NCBI GenBank assembly: GCA_002415345.1
Contig: DHXV01000001.1
Location: 33,059-97,058 of the forward strand
DNA: 64,000 nucleotides
From: Patescibacteria group bacterium UBA5147
GTDB taxonomy: Bacteria; Patescibacteriota; Saccharimonadia; UBA4664
Direction of reading: 5' to 3'
Shown: positions 45,228 through 54,751 of the stretch, in pieces
How the letters are laid out: each line of letters opens with the position of its first letter
Numbering within the stretch: the stretch's first letter is position 1
Notes under the pieces: model-generated
The model's database searches: none
Told to the model about the DNA's origin: nothing
Seen by the model: only the letters and a program-made list of their open reading frames with translations
Made by a program: the position numbers and the translations under genes

Positions 45228-46526
45228 TTATACTCCAAACTGTTTGGCTTTTTTGGCCAGCCAGAACGGCGATTGACGTACTAAATGGTTGGCATCGGCG
45301 GGGTCCGCCAACAGCAACTTCAGGGCCTCCTCGGCGAAGACGCCGTTTTGGGAGCCTTTGGCCAGCACCACGTCTCCCGACTGCAAAAGTAGTTTCAGGA
45401 ATTCGCCGGCAGCGTAAGGCGAATCGGCCGGTTTCCAATTGCGAGGGTCCAGACCGGCTTGAACGGCCGCCGGTCCAAGATGGGTGTTGGCGAGATCGCC
45501 GATAGTAATCAGCATGTCGACCCCGGCACAGACCGCCCCGGCCTCACCGTGATAACGTGGCGACTCGGCGCCAAGTTCGTTCATGGAGCCCATAATGGCA
45601 ATCCTCCGGCCGGTTACGGGTACGTTTTGCAACGTGGTAACGGCGGCGACAACGGCATCCGGGCTGGAATTATAAGTATCATCGATGAGGGTTGAACCGT
45701 TCAGTCCGGTAAAAATTCTCATCCGTCCGGCAATCGGTACAAACGACTGAACCCCTTGTTCTATTTCCTCGCGTGACATTTCAAGCAAATCACCAACGGC
45801 ATAAGCTGCCGCCACCGCTTTTATCGCCGGCTCGCCGTACACTTTAACCGTCAGACCAACAATGGTGGCATGGCCGTGCTTGAGCAAAGCGCAATCGGTA
45901 CCTCCGACCAAATCGACATCCTTGATGCGCGCGCTGTAATCGGACTCTGCGGAAAGTCCATAGGTTACGACATCGGGGTGGTGTTTTAAATATTTTGTCC
46001 GATATGCCGCTTTCACGTCGTCACGACCTACCACCATCACCTTGGAACCCGCCGCCAGTTCCAGCTCCTCGGCCGCCACAGCGTCCAAATCACCGAAATA
46101 TTCCATATGTTCCGGAGTCACTGCCGTCAGCACCCCGATGCCCGGCTTGAGGTAGGTCATGAAATGGGCGATTTCACCCGGGTGGTCCGTACCCACTTCC
46201 AGCACCACGACGTCATAAGGAAAGTCTCCGCGGATCTGCCGCTCCGCGCGGATAAACCGCACCAGCCATGCCGCCGGATTGAACAAGACGGCGGGCACCG
46301 TCTGGCCAAAAACCATCAATGGCAGGCCGATTTCCGAGTTGTAGTTGCCTGGTTGAACCAGAACCCGGTATTTCTGCGCCAATACGGCCGCAATCGCCAA
46401 CTTGGTGCTGGTCTTGCCGACACTGCCGCCGACCGCCACGATCTTGAGTTTTGGATTTGCCCGCACCAAACGAACTACGGCTCCCTCAAGACCTTTAGCA
46501 ATCAGACGGCGAAGAAAAGATTTCAT
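45228..46526 (-). CDS. murF: UDP-N-acetylmuramoyl-tripeptide--D-alanyl-D-alanine ligase
   Basis: The start is moved to ATG 46526 (MKSFLRRLIAKGLEGAVV.. VGGSVGKTSTK P-loop). The track ORF adds 127 Arg-rich spurious codons that would overrun the divergent murA. Confidence 0.8.
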   Translation of the reverse strand: MKSFLRRLIAKGLEGAVVRLVRANPKLKIVAVGGSVGKTSTKLAIAAVLAQKYRVLVQPGNYNSEIGLPLMVFGQTVPAVLFNPAAWLVRFIRAERQIRGDFPYDVVVLEVGTDHPGEIAHFMTYLKPGIGVLTAVTPEHMEYFGDLDAVAAEELELAAGSKVMVVGRDDVKAAYRTKYLKHHPDVVTYGLSAESDYSARIKDVDLVGGTDCALLKHGHATIVGLTVKVYGEPAIKAVAAAYAVGDLLEMSREEIEQGVQSFVPIAGRMRIFTGLNGSTLIDDTYNSSPDAVVAAVTTLQNVPVTGRRIAIMGSMNELGAESPRYHGEAGAVCAGVDMLITIGDLANTHLGPAAVQAGLDPRNWKPADSPYAAGEFLKLLLQSGDVVLAKGSQNGVFAEEALKLLLADPADANHLVRQSPFWLAKKAKQFGV

Positions 46527-46554
46527 ATTAGTTATTGTACCGTACAATGGGGCT

Positions 46555-47928
46555 ATGAATGAACACCTTACAATCCGCGGCGGCCGCCCGCTATCTGGCA
46601 GCGTCACCGTCAGCGGTGCCAAGAACGCCGCCACCAAAATGATTATTGCCAGCCTCCTGACCGACGAGCCGGTCATCCTCGATAACTGTCCCGACATCGA
46701 GGACGTCGAAATTACGGCCGAGCTCTGCCGAAACCTGGGCGCGGACATCACGCGCCAGGGCAGCACTTTGCACCTCCACACCCCCGAAATCAAACATCGA
46801 ACCGTAAAACGCCAAACTCGCTCCAACCGCCTGCCGATCCTGGCCCTCTCACCGCTCCTACACCGGGTCGGCGAAGCTGAGGTCCCGATGGTTGGCGGCG
46901 ACGCCATCGGCCCCCGTCCAGTGGACTTTCACATCGCTGCCCTGCGCCAGATGGGCGCCACCATTACCGAAACGGCCGACGGTTACACCGCTCACGCCGA
47001 ATCATTGGTTGGAGCCAGTCTGATACTGCCCTATCCCAGCGTCGGTGCCACTGAGAACATTATCTTCGCGGCGGTCCTTGCCAAGGGACGTACGCGCATT
47101 GCGGGTGCAGCCACCGAACCCGAGATTACCGACCTCGTCAAACTGCTCCAAAAGATGGGCGCAATCATTGAGTTCGGCGCCGACCGCACAATGACCATCG
47201 ACGGCGTCGACCGTCTGCATGGCACCCGTCACACCGTAATGCCCGACCGACTTGAAGCTGCCTCCTTCGCCCTCTTAGCCCTGGCAACAGATGGCGAAAT
47301 AACCGTCAACGGCGCCCGCCAGGACGAACTGATGACCTTCCTTAACACCGTCCGCCGGATCGGCGCCGACTATGAAGTGACATGCGACGGCATCACCTTC
47401 CGCCGCGGCATCCAACCGTTAAAGGGCATTGGCCTTGAAACCGATACCTACCCCGGATTCTCCACCGATTGGCAGCAGCCGCTAGTCGTTCTTCTAACCC
47501 AAGCCAACGGCCTGTCAGTTATCCACGAAACCGTCTACGAGGACCGTTTCGGCTATACCGAAACCCTGCGGCAAATGGGAGCCGAGATCGGCGTCTTTAA
47601 CAAGTGCCTCGGTGAGGTCACCTGCCGTTTCCGCAACAACTCCCAGCGCCACTCGGCCGTGATCAACGGGGCGACACCGCTGCATGGGGTGACTATCGAG
47701 ATTCCCGACATTCGCGCCGGCATGGCCCATGTCATCGCCGCCCTCGTGGCCGAAGGCAACAGCGAACTCACCGGCGTCGAGCACCTGGAGCGAGGATACG
47801 AAGGCTTCTGGAACAAACTAAGAGGCGTCGGGGCCGACTTCGACCTGCTCAAACCAGCCGATTCAAACGCTCGGCCAGCTCAAAATCCAACTCCGACAAA
47901 CCACCGACCTCGTGCGTCGCAAGTTTAA
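46555..47928 (+). CDS. murA: UDP-N-acetylglucosamine 1-carboxyvinyltransferase
   Basis: MNEHLTIRGGRPLSGSVTVSGAKNAA... The 3' end overlaps the convergent pterin dehydratase gene by 80 nt. Confidence 0.9.
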   Translation: MNEHLTIRGGRPLSGSVTVSGAKNAATKMIIASLLTDEPVILDNCPDIEDVEITAELCRNLGADITRQGSTLHLHTPEIKHRTVKRQTRSNRLPILALSPLLHRVGEAEVPMVGGDAIGPRPVDFHIAALRQMGATITETADGYTAHAESLVGASLILPYPSVGATENIIFAAVLAKGRTRIAGAATEPEITDLVKLLQKMGAIIEFGADRTMTIDGVDRLHGTRHTVMPDRLEAASFALLALATDGEITVNGARQDELMTFLNTVRRIGADYEVTCDGITFRRGIQPLKGIGLETDTYPGFSTDWQQPLVVLLTQANGLSVIHETVYEDRFGYTETLRQMGAEIGVFNKCLGEVTCRFRNNSQRHSAVINGATPLHGVTIEIPDIRAGMAHVIAALVAEGNSELTGVEHLERGYEGFWNKLRGVGADFDLLKPADSNARPAQNPTPTNHRPRASQV

Positions 47929-48124
47929 CGTTTACCCGGTTATAAACATTGCTCCACTCCGGATGGTGATTCATTTTTTCAGCGATTAACGCTGCCGAGG
48001 TCATAAACCCAAAAGCGGTGGCAAAATCTTTGAACACAAACTCCCGGGTTATAGCCTCGCCGGTGCTAGCCCAGCCAGTGAGGCTACTTAGCCGATCCTG
48101 AATTTCGGTTTCGGTGAGTTTCAT
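47849..48124 (-). CDS. pterin-4-alpha-carbinolamine dehydratase
   Basis: 91-aa ORF with the PCD signature (..EKMNHHPEW.NVYN.V.V.L.THE..GLS..D). Confidence 0.8.
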   Translation of the reverse strand: MKLTETEIQDRLSSLTGWASTGEAITREFVFKDFATAFGFMTSAALIAEKMNHHPEWSNVYNRVNVKLATHEVGGLSELDFELAERLNRLV

Positions 48125-48198
48125 GGGTCAATAATAACACTTCAGGATTTGATAATATTACCTACCGGCTCTGCTTCGTTTAACTTTCAAATCAAGAA

Positions 48199-48242
48199 GA
48201 AACACCCGAGCTTGGGGTTCAGGTGTTTCTATTGGTGGAGCA
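48199..48242. repeat. degenerate copy of the tRNA-Ala 3' end plus its terminator hairpin
   Basis: gaaacacccgagcttggggttcaggtgtttctattggtggagca is about 86% identical to 48921-48964, including the tRNA 3' end TGGTGGAGCA. Confidence 0.55.
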
Positions 48243-48346
48243 TTGTGTGTGCTGTTAGCACTGCAGCAGAGGGTGCGGCGAGTCTTGCGTGAGCAAGATT
48301 AAAGCGCCCCACTGGATGTGAGGCGCTGGTCGAACTACTAGCCGAA

Positions 48347-48910
48347 CTAGTCGTGGACATGGCCTTTCGAATCACGATAGCGCCAGAATTTAGCACCATC
48401 CTCGCGAGCGACTTCGAAGCGATCGAACCGTCGTTCTCTCAGGCAAGGCCACTGCCAACAACGTTTGAAAATACGCTCTTGCGGGTTACCCCAGCCGATG
48501 CCCGGAAAGTGGTGCATTTCATCTTTGTGGCCGATAGGTAACTCACACATGATCTGTGAGTCGCGGGTGTAGAGGTCTTTACAGGACCCCACCACCTCCG
48601 CGTGGAATAGGAGAGCTTGGTGTTCGAATAGGTCAGCCAGAACGATGTCTTCGCTGGCCCGCCGAGAAATCTCTGCGCCAAGGACACCGAGCTGCTCGGA
48701 TGAGGCTCGAAGTGAGCGTGCCTCCTTGAAGCAAGCTTTAGCCTTCACTGAGGGAGGTTGGGCTGACATTTTAGCAAGGATGGTATCCAAAGCTGCATGA
48801 TTCATTAGTGCCCCTAGAGCTCGTGAACAAAAAGTGTGAGAAAGAACTAAACATTTTGTAACATAAGTACCTAAATGAGTCCAGCTATCCGAACAGGTGA
48901 CGTGGGACAC
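48347..48910 (-). CDS. hypothetical protein enclosed by the tRNA-3'-end direct repeats
   Basis: The 187-aa ORF starts at GTG, but its upstream end abuts the tRNA terminator. ATG 48805 (MNHAAL..) is the more likely start. No recognisable motifs. Confidence 0.4.
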   Translation of the reverse strand: MSHVTCSDSWTHLGTYVTKCLVLSHTFCSRALGALMNHAALDTILAKMSAQPPSVKAKACFKEARSLRASSEQLGVLGAEISRRASEDIVLADLFEHQALLFHAEVVGSCKDLYTRDSQIMCELPIGHKDEMHHFPGIGWGNPQERIFKRCWQWPCLRERRFDRFEVAREDGAKFWRYRDSKGHVHD

Positions 48911-48920
48911 TAATCAAATA

Positions 48921-48951
48921 GAAACACCCGAGGTTGGGGCTCGGGTGTTTC
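48921..48951 (-). terminator. terminator hairpin of tRNA-Ala(GGC)
   Basis: gaaacacccgag-gttgggg-ctcgggtgtttc, a 12-bp stem directly 3' of the tRNA. Confidence 0.6.
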
Positions 48952-48954
48952 TTA

Positions 48955-49030
<76 letters not shown>

Positions 49031-49083
49031 ATACGTACAAGTGCAAAGATTATCATATTTTTTGCTTTGAGGGAAGACGGTAC

Positions 49084-49260
49084 CTAATGCAGATTGAGCG
49101 TAAGGATCAAACCCCAGGCGATAGCACCTGTCAGCAGGCTGACCAGCAACATAGCCACGATAGCGCCAATTCCGAATCTGAATCCGTCCATGAACGTCAA
49201 ATGAGCCTTGGGACGATTGCGGCCGAGTTCGTCGGCCAGGAACGTGTCTTGTTTTATCAT
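49084..49260 (-). CDS. small hydrophobic protein (58 aa, not in ORF track)
   Basis: MIKQDTFLADELGRNRPKAHLTFMDGFRFGIGAIVAMLLVSLLTGAIAWGLILTLNLH. Confidence 0.3.
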   Translation of the reverse strand: MIKQDTFLADELGRNRPKAHLTFMDGFRFGIGAIVAMLLVSLLTGAIAWGLILTLNLH

Positions 49261-49300
49261 GGCTTCATTCTAACATAAGCGTCATTTCGAACGAATACTT

Positions 49301-49831
49301 CTATGCATGGTCGAGATCACTTCGCGTCAATACGGCATGGAGTGCAATGCCCACGGCAGCCAAGGCTTCTGCCCCGCCCTCCTCGCGATCAATGGCGCAA
49401 ATGACGTCCGTGACCATACCGCCAAGGCCACGAATTGCAGCCGCCGCATTAATGACCGCTCCGCCACTCGTAACGACGTCCTCTATCAACACGATGCACT
49501 GACCCGTTGGGTCGCCGCCCTCAGCCTGCTTTCGTGTTCCGTATTCTTTGGCCGCCTTGCGGACGAACAGCACTGGCAATCGGGTTGCCTGTCCTACCAA
49601 AGTCGCCAGTGGGACGCCACCGAGCTCGAGCCCGCCGAGCATTTGGGCGTTTGCCGGAACCAGCCCAACCATGCGGCCGGCAACCTCTTTTAACAGTTTG
49701 GGATCAGACTCAAAAAGGTATTTGTCGAAGTACTCACTAGCGGTCCTGCCTGAGCGAAGCGTGAAACTTCCGGTCAAACGACTGCGTGAATTTATGGATT
49801 TGGCCAATAAATCAGGTGTTTTATCTTCCAT
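49301..49831 (-). CDS. pyrE: orotate phosphoribosyltransferase
   Basis: PRPP-binding motif VLIEDVVTSGG. Confidence 0.9.
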   Translation of the reverse strand: MEDKTPDLLAKSINSRSRLTGSFTLRSGRTASEYFDKYLFESDPKLLKEVAGRMVGLVPANAQMLGGLELGGVPLATLVGQATRLPVLFVRKAAKEYGTRKQAEGGDPTGQCIVLIEDVVTSGGAVINAAAAIRGLGGMVTDVICAIDREEGGAEALAAVGIALHAVLTRSDLDHA

Positions 49832-49928
49832 GGACTAATTATGACACATCGATATTAGCGTGACTGCTCATTAGATACGACAAACCCCCGACAACTAGCA
49901 TCGAGTGCTTGTCGTCGGGGGTACGGTT

Positions 49929-50417
49929 CTAGACAGATGCGGGTTCAAATGACACCCAGTCCATGGCCGTAATCCCGTCCTTACCCACATATACCTCTTG
50001 GGGCCAGTCGCTGGACGTCGCCGGGATAGTCCTGGTCTCAAAACTGAAGTCTGCGACGGCCTTACGAAGCCACTTCGGACTCATGGCAGCGTTGCTCGCA
50101 GCGATGAGGGTATCTTGCTGCAGCGGCGGAATAATTGAGGCCGTGCCGCATTGATCACAGTGTCGTTGAAGGGCAAGGCGGTATTTAACGCTAAAATTGA
50201 ACCAGTTCGTAGCTTGATCCCCCTTTATCCGGAAGTCATCGGGTCCGACTGGTTTGCCATCGCGAACAGTTCGCGGGGTGATCCTTCGAGCATAAAAGTC
50301 CTCACACACTGTTTCGCAGACTCGGCACCCCAACTGTAGAATCAACGCAAGCCCGGGCTGGTCGTCGTAATTACTCGAGTTGCCGTGGAGCGCGATACGC
50401 CACTGTCGTACATACAT
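49929..50417 (-). CDS. Cys-rich hypothetical protein (CxxC...CxxC)
   Basis: 162-aa ORF containing CRVCETVC and CDQCG motifs. Located downstream of the TIR-like gene. Confidence 0.45.
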   Translation of the reverse strand: MYVRQWRIALHGNSSNYDDQPGLALILQLGCRVCETVCEDFYARRITPRTVRDGKPVGPDDFRIKGDQATNWFNFSVKYRLALQRHCDQCGTASIIPPLQQDTLIAASNAAMSPKWLRKAVADFSFETRTIPATSSDWPQEVYVGKDGITAMDWVSFEPASV

Positions 50418-50606
50418 TTGTACTCCTTGTTGTCGAGGTGCGATGCCGTTATTTTGACATATTCAGATTCAGTTGCAAACAATATGGCGACCAGATTGCA
50501 ATCGGGTCGCCATTTTGGTGGTCCTGATGGGACGATACTACAACCATGATTCGCTCCAAGAGCGGTTTATCAAGCTGCAGGAGGAGTGTAGCTGTATTCC
50601 GGCGGA

Positions 50607-51713
50607 CTAAGACTTGAAGCTAGCGAACGCCTCTAATAGCGCCATTGTCGATTCGTGGTCGAGGCCAGAGCCCTCATACCTAACTTCATACAACCCTTGA
50701 AGGTTTGACGGAAGCGTCACACCACGCTCTACTAGTAGGATAAAACGTCGACCGTACAATGCCATCGCAGCACCTATCTCAATCAATACATTCGGGTTCA
50801 ACACCTGCTGCTCATTGCCGTCTGAATCGATTAGAGTTTTTTCAGCCCCAACATGAACTATTCCGGCGGAACAGGAACGCATATCATCCATCACTTTGTC
50901 CGGTACTGGCTTGGCATTGGTTTGCTTCTCTACCGAAACGACAGCCTCAAAATCACCGAAAATCAAAAGTTTCTTAATCTGAGCGACAATCTGTTGGTCT
51001 TTTCCGTGCGTTATGAAGACCCGACGATTCTCATTCTCAATCAGGGGAGGAAGCGCTGGCGTTATTGGGGGTTCGTCGTTTGAGTCAACCATAGAACCAT
51101 CTGGATTGGAGCTATCACCGTGATCCTGCGAGGTGCCTACCGGACCTGGAAATAACGAAGTTGGCAATAAGACCGCATCAGTGGTAGCGGCGGCCGACAG
51201 CTCAACAAAATCGGTGCCATTAATGTTTGTGATGAATCCCAAGTCGGAGGCATCCTTATATATAAGTTCGAGGGCTCGCCCCGTCTGCTCTTCTGGAACG
51301 CCCAAGGTAGAAAGAACGTTTCGGCCGATATCTTCCCGTGGCCACTTCGAGCCTTTGTACTTCATCAAGAACTCACGGGTAATTCGCGGACGCATGATCG
51401 CTTCTCTCATTGCCGCTAAATCATCACCTTCCGAAGTAGGAGCAACTATTCGGAGTCCCAATTCGGTAAGGCCTATTTTTTCAGCAAAAGCACCAGCGTC
51501 CGTCATGCCATACGCCATCGCCGATGTCGTTATAGTGCGAAACGGTCCAGTGGTTGGCTTCATGTTCATCGCCGCAGCAACCTGAAGCGGCGTGGACGGA
51601 TGCTTTCCAAGCTCGCTCACAATTGCCTGGGGGACACGTAGCGATTCTTTTAGACTATAAGAAGGCACATCTGTCTGTGGCAATGCAGCCTTTCTTAACT
51701 TTTTTTCACTCAT
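50607..51713 (-). CDS. protein with C-terminal COG4271/PF10137-type TIR-like nucleotide-binding domain
   Basis: The C-terminal ~130 aa reads RVFITHGKDQQIV...NPNVLIEIGAAMALYGRRFILLVERGVTLPSNLQGLYEVRY, matching the vFivHG...NV.fElGy..g...ll...v..PSdl.G COG4271 pattern. The N-terminal ~190 aa has an unknown fold. A Pro-rich linker joins them. Confidence 0.6.
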   Translation of the reverse strand: MSEKKLRKAALPQTDVPSYSLKESLRVPQAIVSELGKHPSTPLQVAAAMNMKPTTGPFRTITTSAMAYGMTDAGAFAEKIGLTELGLRIVAPTSEGDDLAAMREAIMRPRITREFLMKYKGSKWPREDIGRNVLSTLGVPEEQTGRALELIYKDASDLGFITNINGTDFVELSAAATTDAVLLPTSLFPGPVGTSQDHGDSSNPDGSMVDSNDEPPITPALPPLIENENRRVFITHGKDQQIVAQIKKLLIFGDFEAVVSVEKQTNAKPVPDKVMDDMRSCSAGIVHVGAEKTLIDSDGNEQQVLNPNVLIEIGAAMALYGRRFILLVERGVTLPSNLQGLYEVRYEGSGLDHESTMALLEAFASFKS

Positions 51714-52115
51714 TGCGGTCTCTTCGGTTATCTAAAGTTAGTATAATTACACGCATGGATATGTGTCAAGATTGTGTGTAATAGGAACAGGCTGACTTTC
51801 TATCTGGATAATTAGTCCGAAGCGGGCACATATAGAAACATAAAAGTGTGGCTTAACCTTGCCGGATTCGGAAAACTGTCGCAATCTAAAGAAAAACAAA
51901 ATTAAAAACGCCAGCACTTAATGGGTTTCTTCGCGCATGACAGTCATAACTTGAGAATGGTAGAAAACTACATTTTCAGGCGAATTTAGACGTGAAGCGC
52001 CCCCGGCATCAAATAATGAATACTTGATGCCAAGGACTATTTTGCAAGCATGGGAAGTTCAAAGATAGCCACTCAACACTTCTGAAATATCCGAAGGTCT
52101 CTTGTTTAAGACAAC

Positions 52116-52136
52116 AAAAAGGGCTCCTCTGAGCCC
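52116..52136 (-). terminator. terminator of tRNA-Ala(CGC)
   Basis: GGGCTC-ctct-GAGCCC hairpin followed, on the minus strand, by UUUUUG. Confidence 0.55.
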
Positions 52137-52148
52137 ATAATTGCAAAT

Positions 52149-52224
52149 TGGTGGAGATAGAGGGATTCAAACCCTCGGCCTCTGCAATGCGAATGCAGCG
52201 CTCTATCAGCTGAGCTATATCCCC
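52149..52224 (-). tRNA. tRNA-Ala (anticodon CGC)
   Basis: GGGGATATAGCTCAGCTGATAGAGCGCTGCATTCGCATTGCAGAGGCCGAGGGTTTGAATCCCTCTATCTCCACCA, with G3:U70. Confidence 0.8.
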
Positions 52225-52266
52225 GCGGTATTTTACTTCGCTACTATAGCGCAGATACGTCGGCGG

Positions 52267-53529
52267 TTACAGCCACTCGAAGGTGCTGTCGCCGATGGAG
52301 ACCTTGTCGCCGGGCTTGCAGCCTTGGCGGCGGAGGCCGCGGGCGACGCCGGTTTTGCGCATGATGTCGCGCAGGCGTTCCACGCCTTCGTCGGATTCAA
52401 AATTGGTGCGCAGGGCAAAGCCCTGGATGCGCTCGCCGATGACGCGGTAGTTGCCGTCTTCCTCGATTTCGACGTGCCACATGTCCGGCATGGCGATTTC
52501 CGTGATGACGACGGCGTCTTTCTCCGCTTGCAGTCGGGCATGTTCGTCGCGGGCGGCCTTAACCACCGGTACGGCGGCGTCCAGGAGCGGCTCAAGGCCT
52601 TGATGGGCCTGAGCCGATATAACGTAGACCTTCTGCTTGGTGTGCTTCTCCAGGGCCTTACGTGCAGCCTCAACGGTGGCCGGTTCAACGGTATCGGCCT
52701 TGGTGATGACGATGAGCTGCGGGCGCGTCGACAGATCGACGACGTAGCTGGCCAGTTCTTTTTGAATTACTTTGTAGTCGCGTACGGCGTCGTTCGAGGC
52801 GGCTTCGATCATATGGAACAGCACGGCCGTGCGCTCGACGTGGCGCAGGAACTCGTCGCCCAGGCCCTTGCCTTCGCTGGCACCTTCGATGAGACCGGGA
52901 ATGTCGGCCATGAGGAAAGCGAAATCACGGTGTTCCACCACGCCGAGATTAGGAATCAGGGTCGTGAATGCGTAGTCGGCGATTGCCGGTTTGGCATTTG
53001 TAACCACCGACAGGAGCGTCGATTTTCCGGCGTTGGGCAGGCCGACCAGCCCGACATCCGCCACCATCTTCAGTTCCAGCCGGACCTTAAGGGACTCCCC
53101 TGGTTCGCCCAGCTCAGCCGTACGTGGTGCCTGGCGCACGCTGGACACGAAGTGGGCATTGCCGAAGCCGCCGCGTCCGCCCTTGGCCAGAATCGCCTCC
53201 TGGCCGTTGACGGTCAGGTCGGCCAGCAGCTCTTCGTCACACCACACCATCGTGCCCTCGGGTACGTTGATGATGACGTCGGCGCCGGCATGGCCACGGC
53301 TCTGATTGCCCCCGCCGACCATGCCGTCTTCGGCGGCAATCAACCGCGCAGTGCGGTAGCTGGAGAGCGTGTTGGCATTGTGGTCCACGCGAAAGACGAC
53401 GTTGCCGCCGTGTCCGCCGTCGCCGCCGTCCGGACCGCCCATGGCGCGATATTTCTCATGACGAAAAGAGGAGCGGCCATTGCCGCCCTTACCTGCGCGA
53501 ATCTCAATTGTGGCGGTATCTGAAAACAT
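52267..53529 (-). CDS. obg: GTPase Obg
   Basis: Obg fold, then a GTPase domain with GLPNAGKST and DIPGLIEGA motifs, then a C-terminal TGS-like tail. Confidence 0.95.
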   Translation of the reverse strand: MFSDTATIEIRAGKGGNGRSSFRHEKYRAMGGPDGGDGGHGGNVVFRVDHNANTLSSYRTARLIAAEDGMVGGGNQSRGHAGADVIINVPEGTMVWCDEELLADLTVNGQEAILAKGGRGGFGNAHFVSSVRQAPRTAELGEPGESLKVRLELKMVADVGLVGLPNAGKSTLLSVVTNAKPAIADYAFTTLIPNLGVVEHRDFAFLMADIPGLIEGASEGKGLGDEFLRHVERTAVLFHMIEAASNDAVRDYKVIQKELASYVVDLSTRPQLIVITKADTVEPATVEAARKALEKHTKQKVYVISAQAHQGLEPLLDAAVPVVKAARDEHARLQAEKDAVVITEIAMPDMWHVEIEEDGNYRVIGERIQGFALRTNFESDEGVERLRDIMRKTGVARGLRRQGCKPGDKVSIGDSTFEWL

Positions 53530-53592
53530 TACTCATTCATCATACCATAGAATTGACTAATAGTGGTTATGGTGTTATATTATGCCAGCCAC

Positions 53593-53624
53593 AAACGGCC
53601 CCGTCTTTTTCGACGGGGCCGTTT
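53593..53624 (-). terminator. 13-bp stem hairpin after the LysM-CHAP gene
   Basis: aaacggccccgtc-tttttc-gacggggccgttt. Confidence 0.55.
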
Positions 53625-53638
53625 GCTGTTGATAGGCT

Positions 53639-54751
53639 CTAGTAGATGTAGCTGAAGCTTCCAGCGGAAACGGTCCGTGTGGTCACACGGTTCCAATTGC
53701 CGTTGAAGTTCATCTCGCTAATGTTAACTAAGTTACCGTTGACGCTCTCAACGTAGGCGACGTGACCGTAGTAACCGGCACCGCTCCAGGCGATTGCGCC
53801 TGCAACTGGGACTGACCCGGTCGAGAAGCCTGAGGCCCTGGCGCGATACAGCCATTGGTTGGCGTTACCCCAGGATGACGGTACGCTGCGGCGCGAGGCC
53901 ACATAGTAGGTACAATACCCGTAGGAGTAACCGTTGGCACCGAACGCGAAGTTGGTCAGACGAGGAGCCACCGACGAGCTTCCCGCCACGCTGCCGCGGT
54001 TTCCCTGCGACGTAGCTACTTGTGAAAGCGGCTTAGGGGCATCGGCCTTGGTGCCGTCAGGAACGATGATTTTCTGTCCTACCGGCAACCCGGTGACCTC
54101 GGCATTGTTGAACGAGGTAATCTGGGCCGCGTTGGCGTTGTATTTCGCTGCCAACGAGTCGGCCGTATCGCCGGCTGCAACCGTCACCACCAAACCGCTG
54201 ACCGGTAGGATCGTGAGGGACTGGCCGGGAGATATCGAGTCGATACTGGTCATATCGTTCGCCCATTTGATAGTCGAGGTAGTGATATTGAACTTGCTCG
54301 CCACATCCGACAACGTGTCGCCCGGTTGGACGGCGTAAGTCGAAATATCGCGCGTAGCATTGCCGGCCGTTGAGACAACCTGACGCTTGGCCAGTGTGCC
54401 CTCATCGCTGGTTAGCAACGCAATTTGTTGACTCTTGACCGTGGCGGTCTTTGAGGCATCACTCGTTATAAGCAGGTGGCTCTTAACTGCCATATCGGCC
54501 GCAACCTTGGCTGTCGCCGCATCATCCAAGGTCGTCGTCATAGCCGCATGAGCCGACATCAGACGAACCGACAGGCTATGAGCGTGCGACGGACTGTTGG
54601 TAACGACGATTCCTGCTGCCAGACCGATGAACCCGACATGGGCCCAAAAACGTCGGCGGTAGATGCCGCGAACAGTTTTGACGGCCTCAGCTTGGGTTTT
54701 TGAGAGACTGCGGTATGCCGAACGCTGCTTTGCAAGCGTCTGACGACCCAT
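53639..54751 (-). CDS. LysM-repeat / CHAP-domain peptidoglycan hydrolase
   Basis: Two LysM motifs (YAVQPGDTLSDVASKF, VTVAAGDTADSLAAKY) and a C-terminal CHAP (..YGYCTYYVASRR..GHVAYVESV). The start is placed at ATG 54751 (MGRQTLAK.., followed by a TM helix), but the longest ORF extends to 55054. Confidence 0.75.
   Translation of the reverse strand: MGRQTLAKQRSAYRSLSKTQAEAVKTVRGIYRRRFWAHVGFIGLAAGIVVTNSPSHAHSLSVRLMSAHAAMTTTLDDAATAKVAADMAVKSHLLITSDASKTATVKSQQIALLTSDEGTLAKRQVVSTAGNATRDISTYAVQPGDTLSDVASKFNITTSTIKWANDMTSIDSISPGQSLTILPVSGLVVTVAAGDTADSLAAKYNANAAQITSFNNAEVTGLPVGQKIIVPDGTKADAPKPLSQVATSQGNRGSVAGSSSVAPRLTNFAFGANGYSYGYCTYYVASRRSVPSSWGNANQWLYRARASGFSTGSVPVAGAIAWSGAGYYGHVAYVESVNGNLVNISEMNFNGNWNRVTTRTVSAGSFSYIY

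Noticed and set aside
46402-46907. N-terminal extensions of murF (to 46907) and murA (from 46402) in the ORF track.
   Set aside because: The extensions have no homology to Mur ligase or MurA N-termini, are Arg/Pro-rich, and would make the two divergent genes overlap by about 500 bp. The conserved N-termini begin at 46526 and 46555.
52141-53523. 460-aa + strand ORF.
   Set aside because: It is antisense to obg (a clear homologue) and overlaps tRNA-Ala(CGC). Its Gly/Ala/Arg-rich translation is typical of an antisense artefact.
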